From NCBI GenBank assembly GCA_041736305.1, contig JBGSTX010000324.1:1-21104 (forward strand): a stretch of DNA of 21,104 bases, written 5' to 3'. Both the position numbers and the translations under genes were made by a program. This DNA is from Oligoflexus sp. (GTDB lineage Bacteria; Bdellovibrionota_B; Oligoflexia; Oligoflexales; Oligoflexaceae). Within the stretch, counting starts at the first letter, position 1. Each line of letters opens with the position of its first letter. The notes under the pieces are model-generated. The model saw only the letters and a list, made by a program, of their open reading frames with translations. It had not been told where the DNA came from and ran no database searches. Shown here in pieces: positions 18,601 through 21,104 of the stretch.

Positions 18601-18960
18601 ATGATCCCTCAATTAAAAGGGCTTATGACCCAAAGTCTCGAATTACTAGAGGACTTTCATCCTTCTGACTATGAATCATTCGAGGTAAGGGTAGAGGCGT
18701 GTATTGGCACTGAAGACAGCAAAGGTGGGGACAACTTTGTCATAACAATAGTTACACCAAAGTTTCTTGACCAGAAGTATTCTAACCAAGACGCACCATT
18801 CCTTTTACATACGATGCTAGTTAAGGAATGGAATCCTAAGCTAATTAGAGAACGCATCAGTAAAATGGTTACAAGCGTCTCCGGAAAAGATTGGCCTGAA
18901 CTTGCCCTGAAGTTAAGTCGCTATGGATACTGGGAGTTCGAAGATTCCCGGTCAATATAA
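18601..18960 (+). CDS. Imm8 (immunity 8) family protein
   Basis: LEDFHPSD.ESF.V.VEACIG.EDSKGGDNF.ITIVTPKFL, LVKEWN...I...I, GKDWPELALKLSRYGYWEFED. Starts 9 nt after the toxin stop with an AGGA RBS. Lower GC (38-40% in two hand-counted 60-mers). Confidence 0.88.
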   Translation: MIPQLKGLMTQSLELLEDFHPSDYESFEVRVEACIGTEDSKGGDNFVITIVTPKFLDQKYSNQDAPFLLHTMLVKEWNPKLIRERISKMVTSVSGKDWPELALKLSRYGYWEFEDSRSI

Positions 18961-19087
18961 AGGGCGTGCGTCGTGGCGCTAACGAAGATTAGAATCCAGA
19001 AAGCAAGAAATACATTTGATGCCGCTTCCCTATCGGCCATTGTTTTCCATTTCAGCCATGAAAGCCACGATCACGTCTCCCAATACT

Positions 19088-20278
19088 TTAGATACCTTCT
19101 AGCTCCTTGAGCTCCTGATAGGCACAACTCTCTCGAGTGGGAAGCTGCTCAAGTGCAAGCCGAGCCGTATCAGGAAAATCAGTAAAGAATCCATCGATGC
19201 CGAGGTTGCCAAAGGCTCGGTATTCGTCCAAAGGGCTCTGATAGCCGACAGCCAAGAACTGCTCTTCGTTTCGGAAGGTATAAGGATGCACCAGCAGCCC
19301 AGCTTGATGCGCGGCAGCAACAAGGGGGAGAACCTCGCCCAGTTTTTCAGTCGCTTCTTTTTTTCCATCCCCATTGAGATCGCTCGGCTCGCTCGGGACA
19401 CGGAGAACAAAGCTCGTTTTCCACGGCCCGATGCCTGCCGCATAGGTGGCGATCAAACCTCGCAGGCTTTCAGGCTTCATGAGCTCGCTATACGTCTCGC
19501 TCCGTCCTGCCGACTTATAGTCATAAGGCTGCTCCTGAGGTTCGCCCAGAAGCTGGACCAAAGGCAGCCGAAGACCCGATTCTCGCATCAGAGGGGCGAG
19601 GATATCTTTGAGATTTTTGACTTCAAAGGACTGAATGAAGATGCGCCCAGGATCGGTAAATTTTTGGGCTTTGAGTTCTTGGACCAGCCGCTCTTCCAAG
19701 GGTAGACCCTGCTCACGAAAATACGAGGGATGCTTGGTCTCGATATAGATCCCGACCCGGCGGCCACTTGTCATCTCGAAGTTTTTCACGAGTTGGATAA
19801 TCTCAGTTAGGGTCGGAATTTCGAAAGATCCGTTGAAGCTTTGATCGCGATAGGATCGACTTTGCTTGGCGCGGAGAGTTTTGATTTCAGCCAGAGTAAA
19901 GTCTTCGGCAAAATAACCCGCCTGCACCGTTCCATCGACCACCTTCATTTTCCTACGTGCCGCGTACTCTGGACGCTCGCTGACGTTGCTAGTCTCGATA
20001 ATGTTGGGCTCGTGCCTGGCGATGAGCACGCCATCGCTGGTTATCACTAGGTCAGGCTCGATGAAATCTGCCCCCATCTCCATGGCGAGCTGATAGGAAG
20101 CAAGGGTATGTTCAGGTCGATAGCCAGAAGCTCCCCGATGAGCGATGACAAGGGGCTTTTGCCCCGTAAGGGTTGGCCCCCCGCACGCGTCAGGAACCTT
20201 CGCATCGGCGTTTAACGAGAGCAGAAGAGAGACAATGATCCCCGTTGCAGAGCCAGAGACACTGAACGATGGCAACAT
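19088..20278 (-). CDS. glpQ: Secreted glycerophosphodiester phosphodiesterase (GlpQ family)
   Basis: PLVIAHRGASGYRPEHTLASY, ADFIEPDLV..DGVLIARHE, IYIETKHP, IFIQSFE, VHPYTFRNE, GIDGFFTDFPD. ATG at 20278 has GAGG 8 nt upstream and begins a signal peptide ending ADA, so it is preferred over the track's 20425. Confidence 0.9.
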   Translation of the reverse strand: MLPSFSVSGSATGIIVSLLLSLNADAKVPDACGGPTLTGQKPLVIAHRGASGYRPEHTLASYQLAMEMGADFIEPDLVITSDGVLIARHEPNIIETSNVSERPEYAARRKMKVVDGTVQAGYFAEDFTLAEIKTLRAKQSRSYRDQSFNGSFEIPTLTEIIQLVKNFEMTSGRRVGIYIETKHPSYFREQGLPLEERLVQELKAQKFTDPGRIFIQSFEVKNLKDILAPLMRESGLRLPLVQLLGEPQEQPYDYKSAGRSETYSELMKPESLRGLIATYAAGIGPWKTSFVLRVPSEPSDLNGDGKKEATEKLGEVLPLVAAAHQAGLLVHPYTFRNEEQFLAVGYQSPLDEYRAFGNLGIDGFFTDFPDTARLALEQLPTRESCAYQELKELEGI

Positions 20279-20478
20279 AGGCATGACCTCAAAGAAGGTG
20301 TGAAACGCTGCGAGGACCCTAGCTGAGAAGCTGCTGGGAAAAAGAAAAGTTCTGTGAAGATTTCTGAAATTTTGTCGAGTGGCTCGGCTGACTTTCAGTG
20401 GCAGAAGAGAAGCTATGCATGCCATTATACACTTCCCGCTCGGTAATCTTCAATAGAGCAAGTCAAATAGGAGTCTGC

Positions 20479-20934
20479 ATGTTTATGAATACTTTCCAAA
20501 ATCTTGCCCTCGCTCAGCATCAAAGAATACGCCTTGCTTGCATCAAAAATCTTGCTCTGGGAGGTTTTGTTTTCGCACAGCTCTTGGGCTGTGCAAAAGA
20601 CGAAGGCACCAGGCGCACAGGATATGCGATCGGCGAAATCTCGCCGTTTTATGCTGTAAAACCAGGGGCCACATTCCCCAAAGCTAACTTCCGCACGAAG
20701 GTCTCGGGACATTACTTGGCCGCAGAGAACGGCGGAGGTGGAGCCGTCAAAGCCAATAAGACCGTAGCTCAAAGCTGGGAGACGTTTGAGATAGTCGATC
20801 AGAATGGGGGATCTCTGGATCACGGGGATCAAGTCTATATTAGAACGGCCAACGGTCAGTACCTTCAGGTTTCAAACGGCACAGGTACCGCCTTGAACGC
20901 GGCCTCACTGAACCGCTTTAGAAAGTCTATTTGA
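20479..20934 (+). pseudogene. Putative lipoprotein with fascin-like beta-trefoil repeats, apparently truncated
   Basis: AGGAG RBS; lipobox-like LLG-C. Repeat 1 is FRTKVSGHYLAAENGGGGAVKANKTVAQSWETF. Repeat 2, IRTANGQYLQVSNGTGTALNAASLNR, breaks off before the expected WExF where AT-rich sequence begins (~20915). Confidence 0.65.
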
Positions 20935-21030
20935 ACCTACTCACTGCTAGCTATTTTATAGCGTGAGATTAAGGGCAAAATAGCAAACAGCTAAAGCGTA
21001 TGGGGAGAAAGGTTTCTTCCCATCTGTTAT

Positions 21031-21104
21031 CCTACGAGCTGCTAGATGTGCATCTAACAACCTTTCGGCTTTAAATTAAGCAGCTTTCCTATAAGGCTCA
21101 TCAA
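21031..21104 (-). ncRNA. Degenerate hammerhead-ribozyme-like structured RNA (runs off the window)
   Basis: Minus strand reads UUGAUGA-GCCUUAUAG-GAAA-GCUGCU...AGCAGC-UC-GUAGG with an internal GAAA tetraloop hairpin. It has a C3U change and a defective stem II. Confidence 0.25.

Noticed and set aside
19350-19385. DLNGDGK calcium-binding-like loop in GlpQ
   Set aside because: Such insertions are familiar in this GDPD subfamily, so it is not treated as novel.
1-21104. CRISPR arrays, tRNA/rRNA genes, intact IS elements or integrases
   Set aside because: No regularly spaced repeats, cloverleaf patterns or transposase/integrase ORFs were seen by eye.

Overview
A bacterial accessory region of about 48% GC. 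The gene content (many secreted proteins and lipoproteins, OMPLA, a hybrid PAS kinase) suggests a Gram-negative organism, possibly Oligoflexia/Bdellovibrionota; that assignment is inference only. In order it holds: a CxxCH-bearing lipoprotein, a PAS hybrid histidine kinase, outer-membrane phospholipase A, an orphan PqiA-domain protein, the DUF3604-PPIase-HupE/UreJ operon, a frameshifted ABC/AAA-ATPase remnant, an MDR oxidoreductase, a GNAT-DUF952 fusion interrupted by an amber codon, a three-gene toxin operon, a GlpQ-type phosphodiesterase and a truncated fascin-domain lipoprotein. The most striking element is the operon at 14369-18960. It encodes a secreted coiled-coil protein with an internal trypsin-like protease, translationally coupled to a lipoprotein polymorphic toxin (pre-toxin TG-like linker plus a CdiA-CT-like RNase tip), followed by an Imm8-type immunity gene. 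This looks like a candidate undescribed toxin delivery system. A degenerate hammerhead-like RNA fold lies at the right edge. All family calls come from motif recognition; no searches were run.
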